Shown here one piece after another: positions 26,840 through 37,130 of a stretch of DNA of 61,718 nucleotides. This DNA is from a virus. Taxonomy: Duplodnaviria; Caudoviricetes. A program made the translations under genes and the position numbers. Position 1 is the first letter of the stretch. Every line of letters starts with the position of its first letter. The notes under the pieces are model-generated. The model did no database searches and was not told the DNA's origin. It worked only from the letters and a program-made list of their open reading frames with translations. The stretch is from the IMG/VR virus record IMGVR_UViG_3300025324_000012, positions 1-61,718 of that record; one strand, given 5' to 3'.

Positions 26840-27958
26840 ATGGCAGAACTCAATCAGATTGACGTTTCTACAAAACGTTATATTCGCAATACGCCAAAAC
26901 TGGTGGATATGATTTTCCAGCAGGGCGTACTTGCGTCTTACGCTAAGCAAAATGTTCGTGAAGACTACGATGGTGGGCGATTTATCCAGGAGAACTTCTG
27001 GTACGGTGCATCCGTTGGGGGCTTCTACAACAAGGGGAAGGAATTCAACATCACTGAAAAGCAGCTGGAACAAGGCTGTCAATTCTTGCCCAAATTCCTT
27101 GAAGTGAATATCACGCTTGCCAAAGAAGATATTCAAGTAATCAACAAGGGACCGAATGCTGCTTTTAAGCTCATTGAGAGCCGCACGCAGAATGCTTACA
27201 TCACAGCAGGTGCGTTTCTCGAACTTGCTATGTATCTCAATGGCCAACGTGCTGGATTTACTCCAATGTTCAATGGTCTTGCGGAAGCCCTGAATGACAA
27301 TACGACCGTATCATGGGATAACAATCTTTATGCCACCTATGGTACTATCACTCGCGGTGGTACTACAGGAACAGCACTGAATAGTGTTCCTACTAACGTT
27401 GGTGGAACACTTCTCTATCCGACGTTGGAAGAAACCTATGGTCGGGCGTATTTTGGGCCTGACCCGTTTGAACCTAATCTTGGTGTGACGACTGTAATTG
27501 GCGCGTCTATCATCAAGAATAAGTTCCAAACCCAACAGCGTTTTAATGATACGCAAGTAATGGTTGCTGGCTTCAACTTCCGTGGTATGAAGTTCAACGG
27601 AGCCACTATTGTTGCTTCTCGTTACTGCCCTGGCTCTTACCTGTTCGGTTCTAGTGGTACTGCAGATCCTACGGCAGTATCATTTATGACTGAAGTTTCA
27701 GATGGAGCGCTAGTGGCATATCCTGCCCCTGTTGGTGGTTATCCAGCTGCTGGAACCAATTGGGAGACGCTGTTCTGGATCAATGCTCGCAAACCGTTTA
27801 TGAACTTCTACGTGTCCGACGACCCAGAATATGGTTTTGGGTTCACCGGATTTAAGCCCGCTCAGGGCAATACCAAGGTTGCTGGTCAGGTATTGTATTC
27901 TGGTGCAACAACTTTTGCACCTCGCTACCACCAACAGCTGTACAACATTACTGGTTAA
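26840..27958 (+). CDS. Major capsid protein
   Basis: 372 aa after the scaffold; GG..I, Y.NG...FNGL and G..F.G..FNGA.I patterns typical of HK97-fold capsids. Confidence 0.85.
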   Translation: MAELNQIDVSTKRYIRNTPKLVDMIFQQGVLASYAKQNVREDYDGGRFIQENFWYGASVGGFYNKGKEFNITEKQLEQGCQFLPKFLEVNITLAKEDIQVINKGPNAAFKLIESRTQNAYITAGAFLELAMYLNGQRAGFTPMFNGLAEALNDNTTVSWDNNLYATYGTITRGGTTGTALNSVPTNVGGTLLYPTLEETYGRAYFGPDPFEPNLGVTTVIGASIIKNKFQTQQRFNDTQVMVAGFNFRGMKFNGATIVASRYCPGSYLFGSSGTADPTAVSFMTEVSDGALVAYPAPVGGYPAAGTNWETLFWINARKPFMNFYVSDDPEYGFGFTGFKPAQGNTKVAGQVLYSGATTFAPRYHQQLYNITG

Positions 27959-27969
27959 GGGGGAAAACT

Positions 27970-28551
27970 ATGGGACAAAATAGACGACCCGCAAATACCA
28001 TCTACGTTGTATCGGGTAATCCTGATACAGTTAACGTTTCCCCCACAGACTGGACCAGCCTTGGTTATCGTCAGGGGGAATTAGGTCAAATCTTTGAGGA
28101 TCGGGGAAGGCAATACCAAGTCGTACAACTCGACTCTGGTGTTACGTCTGCCACCACAGGTGGAGTCGTAGCCGCAAATGATTTGGCTTTCTGGAAAGAT
28201 CGTGCCACCTACAGAGTAACCAAAGATCCTAACCAAGCCATTGGTGGACTAACTGGTTTCTACAATGAAGTCGCTGGGGTCTTTCGGACAGCAGTAACAC
28301 CTAACCTGACCGATGTTCTTGGTATTGGTCAAGTATGCTGCATTCTCCAGTCTGGTAGGAATATCCCTGTTAAGACCACAGGTACTCCTGCTATTGGTGA
28401 TCATGCCAGGGCCAACCAATCTACTCCTGTTGCAGACGTTGATAATACTCTTGGAACGACTGCCTGCCCTACTCAAAGGCTTGGTACATTTACAAGCACT
28501 ATCGTGGGCGGATTCTGCAACGTCGACCTGGACATTCCAGGCATCACGTAA
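27970..28551 (+). CDS. Capsid decoration (cement) protein
   Basis: Directly after the major capsid gene; LG......R.Y..V motif. Confidence 0.6.
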   Translation: MGQNRRPANTIYVVSGNPDTVNVSPTDWTSLGYRQGELGQIFEDRGRQYQVVQLDSGVTSATTGGVVAANDLAFWKDRATYRVTKDPNQAIGGLTGFYNEVAGVFRTAVTPNLTDVLGIGQVCCILQSGRNIPVKTTGTPAIGDHARANQSTPVADVDNTLGTTACPTQRLGTFTSTIVGGFCNVDLDIPGIT

Positions 28552-28561
28552 GGAGGCATAG

Positions 28562-28810
28562 ATGGCAGCAGCTACTGTTACTGGTTCTCAGCAGGTGTCG
28601 GTTCAGGGTGATGTCGAGTATATTGGAGCCAATTCCATTGCTTTCGCTGCAAACGGCGATACATGGGATACAGGTCTTGCAGTTATATTCGAGATCGGTC
28701 TAACACCAACAGTCAATACCGCTTTTGGATTTACGGTCTCTGGCGGAGTCATTACTCTTGTCTCTGGTGGAGCACTAACATTCAGGGGTGGTGTAAGAGG
28801 TAAATTCTAA
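28562..28810 (+). CDS. Small structural protein
   Basis: AGGAGG RBS; beta-rich. Confidence 0.65.
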   Translation: MAAATVTGSQQVSVQGDVEYIGANSIAFAANGDTWDTGLAVIFEIGLTPTVNTAFGFTVSGGVITLVSGGALTFRGGVRGKF

Positions 28811-28812
28811 CA

Positions 28813-30039
28813 ATGCTCGATACCTACACATCAATTTACAATAAGCTGAACCTTCGTTGCCCAGCTGCAAGCTCATTGCTGTGTAGGGATTGGGTATCAA
28901 ACGCATTTCGTCAAATTGCAGAGCGCAGGCGGTGGAGTTGGAAAATCAAATTCGGCCAGTTCATACTGCCTGCGCTTTACAATACGGGCACTGTCACTGT
29001 TACTAGAAATTCCACCACGGTGACAGGGGTTAGCACCGTGTGGGACAATACGATGGTTGGCAGGCAATTTAGATTGGGCACCTCGCCAATCTATACCATT
29101 GCACAAGTTAATTCTGCTACGTCGTTAGATTTAGACCTGGTATGGGGGCCGGCTACACAGAGTGGAGTAGGTTATTCGATCTATCAGGCTTATGTTACTC
29201 CACCAACTGACTTTCATTCGTTGATTTGTGTGTGGGATCCAAATTATAATTGGCAACTATGGTTGAATGTTACTCAGGATGAGATTAATGCCTGGGACGC
29301 ACAAAGGTCGAACGTAGGAACTCCTTATTTAGTAGCTTCTCGTGATTATAGTACCACGTATGCGGGGACAGTTAAATCCGCGCTGCAAGTAGTAGGTACT
29401 GGTCCTAATCCTGTTGCTACTAGTCAAGGAAATGGATATACCGGAGCGGTAAGTGGCGTGTTTACGGTAGAAGTTACTCTTGGAGGAATTTCTGGAACAG
29501 CTGAATTTAAGTGGAAGAAAGATTCTGGCTCATACCTGACTGGAATAGTAACTGATACAGCCGCTCAAGACCTACAAGACGGCGTGGCTGTTTACTGGCC
29601 TGATACTGTTACATATGTGGCTGGAGACGTATTTATCGTTCAGGCTGAGGCTATTATGCAGGGTGGATTGCCAAGATTTGAATTGTGGCCACACCAGCAG
29701 AGTGCTTATGTTTATCCATTTTTGTATGAAGCGCGTCCATCTGATCTAGAAGATACTGGGGCAAATCTTCCGCGTTATATTCGAGGTGACGTATTACTGG
29801 AAATGGCATTGGCTAATGCTGCACGGTGGCCAGGACCCTCGCAAGATAAACCGAATCCGTATTTCAATTCAAGTTTGGCCCTACAGCATGATAAAAGATC
29901 AGAATTTATGATTGCAGAATTGGAAAGGCAAGACGACGAGACTTATGAGAGGGACGCAAAATATCAAATAGTTTCTGCTTTACCTTTTGCTCCTTTTCCA
30001 TTCGGAGACAGCAATTGGATGCAAAGACATGATTTTTAG
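28813..30039 (+). CDS. Head-tail adaptor-like protein with inserted beta domains
   Basis: W.W after an N-terminal helix; LWP...Y...Y C-terminal adaptor pattern; YNTGTVTVT insert. Confidence 0.65.
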   Translation: MLDTYTSIYNKLNLRCPAASSLLCRDWVSNAFRQIAERRRWSWKIKFGQFILPALYNTGTVTVTRNSTTVTGVSTVWDNTMVGRQFRLGTSPIYTIAQVNSATSLDLDLVWGPATQSGVGYSIYQAYVTPPTDFHSLICVWDPNYNWQLWLNVTQDEINAWDAQRSNVGTPYLVASRDYSTTYAGTVKSALQVVGTGPNPVATSQGNGYTGAVSGVFTVEVTLGGISGTAEFKWKKDSGSYLTGIVTDTAAQDLQDGVAVYWPDTVTYVAGDVFIVQAEAIMQGGLPRFELWPHQQSAYVYPFLYEARPSDLEDTGANLPRYIRGDVLLEMALANAARWPGPSQDKPNPYFNSSLALQHDKRSEFMIAELERQDDETYERDAKYQIVSALPFAPFPFGDSNWMQRHDF

Positions 30040-30068
30040 CAGTTAAATCGTTCGACAGGAGAACAAAT

Positions 30069-30293
30069 ATGGCCGATAAGAATTTTGTAAGCACACCAGC
30101 AGATTGCATGGCAGAACCAAAGACTAAGGGTGGTCCTGGCGATTACAATGGTGAACCTGGACCTCAATACCAAAAGCGTACGATGGGACCTAACAGTGTT
30201 CCTGAGAAAACTTATGAGTCTTGGGACCTAAAGGCAGATAGTTCTACGGGAACTTTCGTGAGTACACCATCTAAACCTCCATTTGGTAAATAG
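30069..30293 (+). CDS. Hypothetical protein with repeated FVSTP motif
   Basis: AGGAG RBS. Confidence 0.65.
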   Translation: MADKNFVSTPADCMAEPKTKGGPGDYNGEPGPQYQKRTMGPNSVPEKTYESWDLKADSSTGTFVSTPSKPPFGK

Positions 30294-30302
30294 GAGAAGC
30301 CT

Positions 30303-32060
30303 ATGAGGAAAGTCCTATTTGTATTGTTCCTAAGTGTGTGTCTGCCTGTTTGGGGGCGAGGAAAACTTCAAGGATGGTGCGAGAATGGAGGAGTCACTGT
30401 CAGCATACCAGGAACGCAAGGTTCAGGTACGCAGAAGTTCCAACGCTCCTACGCATCCTGTACTGTGACTGTGTATCTGGCAGGAACAACGACAATAGCT
30501 ACGATCTATTCTGACGATTCTGGAACAGCCAAAGCAAATCCATTCACGGCAGCCAATTCTGGCCAATGGTTCTTCTATGCCGACAACGGAGTCTACGATA
30601 TAAAGTTTAGCGGCGGAGGAATTGCTTCTCCTTTTACTATTGGGGGGCGGTCTCTATGGAATCCAGCATCGGCTGGAGTAATTGTCGTAGACGGTATTCA
30701 GTATAAATCAATCGCTGCCGCTTACGCGGCTGGACCGTCTACGGGAGTAACGATCTATGTTCCAAAGACCTATACGACGTTATTCCCAACAGAGTCAGCG
30801 CAGGTATCTCTTGTGGCTGGTAAGCCATTCAATCTAAGCTGTGAAGCTGGAGTTATAATTGGGTGGAACATTGCAGGTTATCTGTTTGACTTGGGGGCAA
30901 CGACAGTAACTGAATTTGTCAATATTAGTAATTGTACCTTTTCTATTGGCTCTACAGCTACAGGTTGGTTACAAGGGGGACGGACAAGCCAGAACTCAGA
31001 TCCTACAAAATTGATCTACGGATGGTCTATCACTAACGTCCAGGTGATTGGACCCGGAGAGACAGTGGTTGGGAAGATTGGCATGGTCGTCACTGGATTC
31101 GTTGGGTTAACGATGACCAACTTTACCCTCCAGTTCTTTGAGCAAACAGCGATTTTTGATCGTTGCGCCATCATAACCGGGAATCACGTTCGATTCCAAG
31201 GATACAAGTTTGGTCCTCTGATTACGAGACAGGCTGGCACTGGAACAGCAGCTACATACACTTGCTCGCAGTGCGTATTTACGACCCCAGAGTTTCTTGG
31301 ACCTACCACGGGAACGCTGAACTATGGGGTGACGGTTGACCATGGTGGAGTTACGTTCATTGGAGCAATCTATGAGTCTAGTCAAGCAGGTAATCAGGCG
31401 TTTCTACACCAAACACTTTACGCTCGTGGATTTCGAGAATTTAGCGGGTTCATTTCTTCCGATGGGACTAATGTCGCCTACGTGATGGTATGGGACACTG
31501 CCATAACAGATTTAGCTTTTTTTGGAACGCAGGGTCCCAATAGCCCAATCTGCATAGGCGTTCCTGGTGCGTGTGCCGGCAATGCAGATACGGTCAACGG
31601 CAATCCAGTCGTTTGTCAGGGCTGCTCGGCTACTTTGGCGGCATCCTTCTTCGCACTCGGTGATGGCAATGCCGTTGTCTTTGGCGCATCGGTGGCAGAT
31701 GGAAGTTTGACAAGTGGGCATACATCTATCGGGCCAGTCAAGTTCAAGTTCAGCAGCACATCGGTCAACACAGCAACTTGGCCGGATGCTAGTGGAACCA
31801 TCGCCTATGTGATTACGGCAACCTCCAGTGCCTATGGAGGGGCACCATTGACCGCAGGCACATGTACAGGAGGATCAACTTCAACACCGGGGGCGACTAC
31901 TGCGATGGTCGCTACAGCATCTCCTGTGACTTATCCAGGGGATGGGATTTACTGGGTAGCTTATGTTGGCAGCGCGGATAATACTACCGTGAAGGTTTGC
32001 TCTACTTTCACTTCTCTCACCCCAACATCGAGCACTTATAATATCCGGATAGTAAAATAA
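30303..32060 (+). CDS. Tailspike-like protein (virion-attachment domain plus probable beta-helix) with signal peptide
   Basis: MRKVLFVLFLSVCLPVWG; VYLAGTTT.ATIYSD.....NPF.....G...FY...G.YDI domain. Confidence 0.75.
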   Translation: MRKVLFVLFLSVCLPVWGRGKLQGWCENGGVTVSIPGTQGSGTQKFQRSYASCTVTVYLAGTTTIATIYSDDSGTAKANPFTAANSGQWFFYADNGVYDIKFSGGGIASPFTIGGRSLWNPASAGVIVVDGIQYKSIAAAYAAGPSTGVTIYVPKTYTTLFPTESAQVSLVAGKPFNLSCEAGVIIGWNIAGYLFDLGATTVTEFVNISNCTFSIGSTATGWLQGGRTSQNSDPTKLIYGWSITNVQVIGPGETVVGKIGMVVTGFVGLTMTNFTLQFFEQTAIFDRCAIITGNHVRFQGYKFGPLITRQAGTGTAATYTCSQCVFTTPEFLGPTTGTLNYGVTVDHGGVTFIGAIYESSQAGNQAFLHQTLYARGFREFSGFISSDGTNVAYVMVWDTAITDLAFFGTQGPNSPICIGVPGACAGNADTVNGNPVVCQGCSATLAASFFALGDGNAVVFGASVADGSLTSGHTSIGPVKFKFSSTSVNTATWPDASGTIAYVITATSSAYGGAPLTAGTCTGGSTSTPGATTAMVATASPVTYPGDGIYWVAYVGSADNTTVKVCSTFTSLTPTSSTYNIRIVK

Positions 32061-32065
32061 GTGTT

Positions 32066-33412
32066 ATGTCTTATACGCACACCACATGGGTTCAGCTTCG
32101 TCAGCAACTCGCCGCAAGGTTGGCGGATATCAATAATGTTTTCTGGCTAGATGACGAACTTAAGGGATTGATTATAGAAGCCGTGAGGACTTTTGGTATT
32201 TTGTCGGGTTTTTGGCGTGAACGAGGTACCTTCAACACTGTTTCAGGAACAGTATTTTATGATTTGCCAACTAATTTGACGTCAGGATTACTAAATTATA
32301 CTGTAACAGATAGAGATGTAATTAAATCTCTACAATATAATCTACTGGAGTCCGTGTCAAGCCAGTCGTCATGGTCGGGGACGGAGATGTTTACTTTTGA
32401 TGATTTGGTTAGGGCTGTTGAGAGAAGAACTAACCAATTCCTGCAAGATACTGGAATCATCGTGACTCGCACAACTCCTGCCGTTGCACCACCTCCGATT
32501 GGACGAGTTAACTTGTCAGATGACATCATTGACGTTCGTCGAGTAGTTTGGGTTGACTCCTATGGACGCTATTATCCATTATGGAGAGAAGACGAATTTG
32601 CAATGACGGCCTATGATCTTAATTGGGCTATTAATCCTGGCACTCCATTATGCTACTCAATAATGGCTACGCAGCCCGTTCAAATTCAGTTAGGACCAGT
32701 TCCTATTGTTTCAGCTTCTTTGGAATTGCTTAGCGTAAATACTCAACCTTCATTAGATCCGAGTAGTGCTGCTACTATATTGAATTTATTTGACGACCTT
32801 ACCTGGATTATAAAATGGGGCGCATTAGCGGACTTATTGGGAATTGATGGGGCCGCAAGAGATATGAGTAGAGCTAAGTTCTGTGAGCAACGTTATCAGC
32901 AAGGTGTTCAACTTACTAGAATGCTAAGCTGTGTGATTCAAATTCAGATTAATGGAGTTCCTGTTCAGCCTAATACAGTATTTGATTTAGATGCAGCTGA
33001 TCCTAATTGGCAGAATAAGAGTGGTACGCCAAGGGACATTGGGATTGCTGGTTGGAATCAAATTTGTGTTAGTCCCATTCCTGATGGAGTATACTCTCTT
33101 ACTTTTGACGTAGCTAGGAAAGCGCCTATTCCTGTTAATGACAGTGCGTTTGTGCAGTTAGGACGAGAACAGATAGATATGATTCTAGATTATGCAGAAC
33201 ATCTTGCATTATTCAAAGTTGGTGGGGCAGAGTTTGCTGCTACTGCAAGACAGGCAGAGAATTTTCTATTGCAATCAATTAGCTACAATCAGAGACTAAG
33301 TGCATCAGCACGTTATATCATCACGCCAAAAGAATATAGTACACGTGAGGAACAATTTAGGCCACGTCGTATGAATGCAAACGCATTTGGTCCTGGAGTA
33401 GTGAATGCCTGA
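32066..33412 (+). CDS. Second adaptor-like tail protein (internally duplicated)
   Basis: LR.....RL.D.....W.DDEL...I N-terminus; two GP.P/SP.P...Y segments. Confidence 0.6.
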   Translation: MSYTHTTWVQLRQQLAARLADINNVFWLDDELKGLIIEAVRTFGILSGFWRERGTFNTVSGTVFYDLPTNLTSGLLNYTVTDRDVIKSLQYNLLESVSSQSSWSGTEMFTFDDLVRAVERRTNQFLQDTGIIVTRTTPAVAPPPIGRVNLSDDIIDVRRVVWVDSYGRYYPLWREDEFAMTAYDLNWAINPGTPLCYSIMATQPVQIQLGPVPIVSASLELLSVNTQPSLDPSSAATILNLFDDLTWIIKWGALADLLGIDGAARDMSRAKFCEQRYQQGVQLTRMLSCVIQIQINGVPVQPNTVFDLDAADPNWQNKSGTPRDIGIAGWNQICVSPIPDGVYSLTFDVARKAPIPVNDSAFVQLGREQIDMILDYAEHLALFKVGGAEFAATARQAENFLLQSISYNQRLSASARYIITPKEYSTREEQFRPRRMNANAFGPGVVNA

Positions 33413-36400
33413 AGCAGAAAAATACGATCGGGATCTTCAGCGTTTCTTGTGTCTTGGCCTTGACCTTAATAGGCCTGTAGACGCAGTACGTCCAGGTAGA
33501 TTTCCATTCCTGAAGAATCTGCGCTCTTATCAGGGCGAGCGCATTGATCCTCGCCCTGGACTTACCAAACTTGGAACTAATGGAATAGTAATTTCTGGTG
33601 CTACCCCAGTCCATTCAATGCGTCGGTTAAATGATCCACTCGCGGCAGACCATACACGTATTATTGGAACTGGGCAAGCGCTAGCTTATGGTAAAGTAGA
33701 TCCATTTACGCAAGTAACATATGCAGGTGGGAATGCTGGATTCTCTGGTAATCCCCTTGCGCTAGTTCAGTACCGCCCAGAAGCATCTCCAAGATCGTGG
33801 ATGTACATTGGAGATTCCGCGCCGACTGTTGGGGCGGGGGTAGCTGCTGGTACTTTAGCTACTACGTTGAAGAAGATTCGTATTAGCGGAGAGATGCATC
33901 AGTTTGGTTTGCCTACTCCAGTTTTGCCCACTCCGAACTTGTGGGAGACTGCGGTAGTATTAAGTGTTCCCTCGTATAAGTACACTGACCCTGACCTAGA
34001 TTTTGAGTATGCTAATAATGCGGCACTGCAGGCTGATTGGATTGGTGTTTATGTTCCAACTGGTGCTTCTGTACTTCCTATTTTAGTAGCTCCAGCAAGA
34101 GTTGCTACAACTATCCAAGCGGCTGCGGGTACTCCTGATGGTATTCTATTTGATGTTGGTACTACTGGATGGGCATGTGTTAGACCTGCATCAACTGCAC
34201 AAATGGGACGGGGTGTAATTCTTCGTATTAATTCGGGCGGTGGGACTGATGAACGGACTATAATTCAAGAGATACACCCAGTTTCTACAGCTACTACAAT
34301 AGGTTCCATTATTTATGATACTGGAACAACTGGTTTATGCTCAATTGTTTTGACTACTCCAGTTGAACAAGTTGATGTAAATGCAATGCTGTTGAACTCT
34401 ACCTTAGTAACAGGACCAACAACAGGTCAATATTCTAGGATATTATCAGTTAATCGGGGCTCGGACGGAACTGTATCTCTTAGATGTTCAACAGTTGGGA
34501 CTTGGGTAGCAGGGCATTCTGTTCAGCTTGTTGCTTCCTTTCGTGCATATTTTGCCAATAATCATGTTGGTGGGGAAGCAATTGGAGCCAATGCCGCTAC
34601 ATTCTCCTGCGCTGTAGGAACAACCACCTTAACAAGAACAGCAGCATTTGACTTCTCAATTATAGAAACTGGAGTTCCAGTAGGACCTGATGATTACATA
34701 CACATCTCACTTCGCGCTGATGTTCCATCTAGCATTTCTGAGGGTAAGATATTATTCGACGTGGATCTTACGACTAATGACTTCACGCGTAATTTTTACT
34801 ATAAGGCGTTTAGGTCTAACGATCTCACGCCGTCTGCGCGAAACTTGCAGACATTGGTGACTACCGGCCCTACCGTTGTAGCAAGAGAGATTATTGATAC
34901 GTCATTAACTCAGGATGAATTTGCTCCTATAACTCTCTCACCTTATCAGGATATAGTAGAGACTCCTGTTGATACTACAGATTCTACCAGCCAGCAATTA
35001 GATTTGGGTGACGTGCAGTGGACGGAATTGGTATTCAAAGTTTCTGATTTGATTAGGGTTGGAACTGACTTTACACGTACACTAGCTAACATCGCGTCAA
35101 TACGACTTCTATTGACGACGACTGCAACAGTAAACTTAGCAATTGATGACATTTGGATTGGTGGAGGTTATGGTCCTGATGTGGTCGAGCCTACCGGGTC
35201 ACCATACATATATCGCTATCGGGCGCGTTCTAGCCAATCAGGCGCTAGAAGTAATGCATCGCCTCCATTTCGCGGCGGCGTATCGCCACGTCGCCAACGT
35301 GTAAGCATTACGCCCCCCGCATACGCATTAGCCCCAGCATCGGAAGCGGACGTGTTAGATATTGAACGTTTGGGCGGGGAAATCCCAACGTGGCATTATA
35401 TTGGTACAGTGCCTAATGATGGTACAACGGCATGGATAGATAAAATGTCAGATGATATTGTTGCAGGATTGCCGAATCTCGGAGATGCATCATTTCAACC
35501 CTGGCTAACCATTGGGCTACCTGCTACGGGTAACACAACAGCAGTATCTGGAACTACTGTTAATGGAACTGGATTCAATACTGCTTGGGCACAAGGGACT
35601 GTATTACAAGTTAATGGAATTGCCTGCAACCTTTACCGGGTCATTTCTACTACGCGCTTGGAGGTTTATCAAAATCTAGGCACTATGACTGTGGTGCCGT
35701 GGGTGGTAGCTGAACCACAATTAGTAAGTCAACCACTTCCGTGCTTATGGATGTCGGAGGAGGATAATGTCTGGATGGGGTGTGGTGATCTTACTAATCC
35801 TGGTAGATTATACTGGTGTCAGCCAGGAACAGAGGGCATGAAAGAGAGAAATTGGAAGGATATTACTTCCCCTTCTGAACCACTGATGAATGGTGTCCAT
35901 TATAATGGTAGGGATTATGTATGGTCAACCGAGAGAATGTTTCAATTACTCTCACGTCGTCTATCAGATGGGTCATTCACTTATGAAGCTCAGGAAATTC
36001 CTAATGGTAAAGGATTGTTTGCACGGTGGGCAATTACTTTAATTCCAGGCTCCGAGATTCAGTATTTAGCCAAAGATGGAATCTACACTACTGGAGGTGG
36101 AAGTCCTCGTTCACTAACGGATGAGTGGTTATACCCACTATTTCCTAAGGAGACACAAGCGGGAACTGCGACTAATGGTGTTCGTGCCCCGAACATTTCG
36201 GCAACTAACCAAGAGAGATTGAGATTAAATTTCTGCGCTGGATTTCTTTATTTTGACTATCTTGACGCCTCTAACAACCCTGGAACTTTATTATATGTAC
36301 CAGAATCTGATGGTTGGTTCTACGACGTGTTTAGTACAGCAGCCGTATTCCATTATGGGGACGAAGGTCAGAATGTAAGAGCCATCTTCGTTGGGGATGC

Positions 36401-37130
36401 TTCTGGCGGGACTGGCAAAGTATACCAACTTACCGGAAATAGTGACGATGGAACTGCTATTGCTTGTGAAGGTTTAACTCCAAGTAGAGATCAAGGTGAT
36501 GCGCGACTAAACAAGTATTATGGCGACATAATGATTGATTCTGATTGCAATGGAGTTTCTGTTACTTGGACTCCAGGAATCAACAATAATTCTAGCACTT
36601 TCACCCCTAAAGTGCTAAGTCATACGGGACGAGATCAAATTGCAGTTCCCCTTGGAACAACTTGGAAGACAGGTAGGAATATCTCTGCACGTTTCTCATT
36701 TAGTATAAGTACAGCAAATAAGCCATTACTTTACATCTGGGAACCACGATGGACATTTGAAAGTGCTCCCATTAAGGCTATTGCTTGGGAGATTTCTCCT
36801 TCAACGTTGGGAATGGAGAACTTCAAACACTTTGGTATGGTTCGTATTACACGTATATCCTCAGTGGCTACTCCGCTGGTGGTAACGGTTGATGGGGTAG
36901 TCCAAGCTGCAGTGAATATCCCATCTAGTGGTGGAATATATGCTACTTACGTATTCAGACTTCCCGTCTATAAAGGTAAACTATTTCAATTACGTATAGC
37001 TCCCACAGATAATCTAACTGAGTGGAGACTAGATGGTAGAGATAGTTACCTTGAGGTTAAGCAGTGGGGAAGTGATGGACCCTATCATAAGATGCGTATG
37101 TTTAGTGACTTCAGTATGATTGAGGGCTAA
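33405..37130 (+). CDS. Tail nozzle (stabilisation protein) with large insertions
   Basis: GL.L N-terminus; RLYWC, G.....W and YLAKDGIY propeller-type motifs; position before the ejection genes. Confidence 0.7.
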   Translation: MPEAEKYDRDLQRFLCLGLDLNRPVDAVRPGRFPFLKNLRSYQGERIDPRPGLTKLGTNGIVISGATPVHSMRRLNDPLAADHTRIIGTGQALAYGKVDPFTQVTYAGGNAGFSGNPLALVQYRPEASPRSWMYIGDSAPTVGAGVAAGTLATTLKKIRISGEMHQFGLPTPVLPTPNLWETAVVLSVPSYKYTDPDLDFEYANNAALQADWIGVYVPTGASVLPILVAPARVATTIQAAAGTPDGILFDVGTTGWACVRPASTAQMGRGVILRINSGGGTDERTIIQEIHPVSTATTIGSIIYDTGTTGLCSIVLTTPVEQVDVNAMLLNSTLVTGPTTGQYSRILSVNRGSDGTVSLRCSTVGTWVAGHSVQLVASFRAYFANNHVGGEAIGANAATFSCAVGTTTLTRTAAFDFSIIETGVPVGPDDYIHISLRADVPSSISEGKILFDVDLTTNDFTRNFYYKAFRSNDLTPSARNLQTLVTTGPTVVAREIIDTSLTQDEFAPITLSPYQDIVETPVDTTDSTSQQLDLGDVQWTELVFKVSDLIRVGTDFTRTLANIASIRLLLTTTATVNLAIDDIWIGGGYGPDVVEPTGSPYIYRYRARSSQSGARSNASPPFRGGVSPRRQRVSITPPAYALAPASEADVLDIERLGGEIPTWHYIGTVPNDGTTAWIDKMSDDIVAGLPNLGDASFQPWLTIGLPATGNTTAVSGTTVNGTGFNTAWAQGTVLQVNGIACNLYRVISTTRLEVYQNLGTMTVVPWVVAEPQLVSQPLPCLWMSEEDNVWMGCGDLTNPGRLYWCQPGTEGMKERNWKDITSPSEPLMNGVHYNGRDYVWSTERMFQLLSRRLSDGSFTYEAQEIPNGKGLFARWAITLIPGSEIQYLAKDGIYTTGGGSPRSLTDEWLYPLFPKETQAGTATNGVRAPNISATNQERLRLNFCAGFLYFDYLDASNNPGTLLYVPESDGWFYDVFSTAAVFHYGDEGQNVRAIFVGDASGGTGKVYQLTGNSDDGTAIACEGLTPSRDQGDARLNKYYGDIMIDSDCNGVSVTWTPGINNNSSTFTPKVLSHTGRDQIAVPLGTTWKTGRNISARFSFSISTANKPLLYIWEPRWTFESAPIKAIAWEISPSTLGMENFKHFGMVRITRISSVATPLVVTVDGVVQAAVNIPSSGGIYATYVFRLPVYKGKLFQLRIAPTDNLTEWRLDGRDSYLEVKQWGSDGPYHKMRMFSDFSMIEG

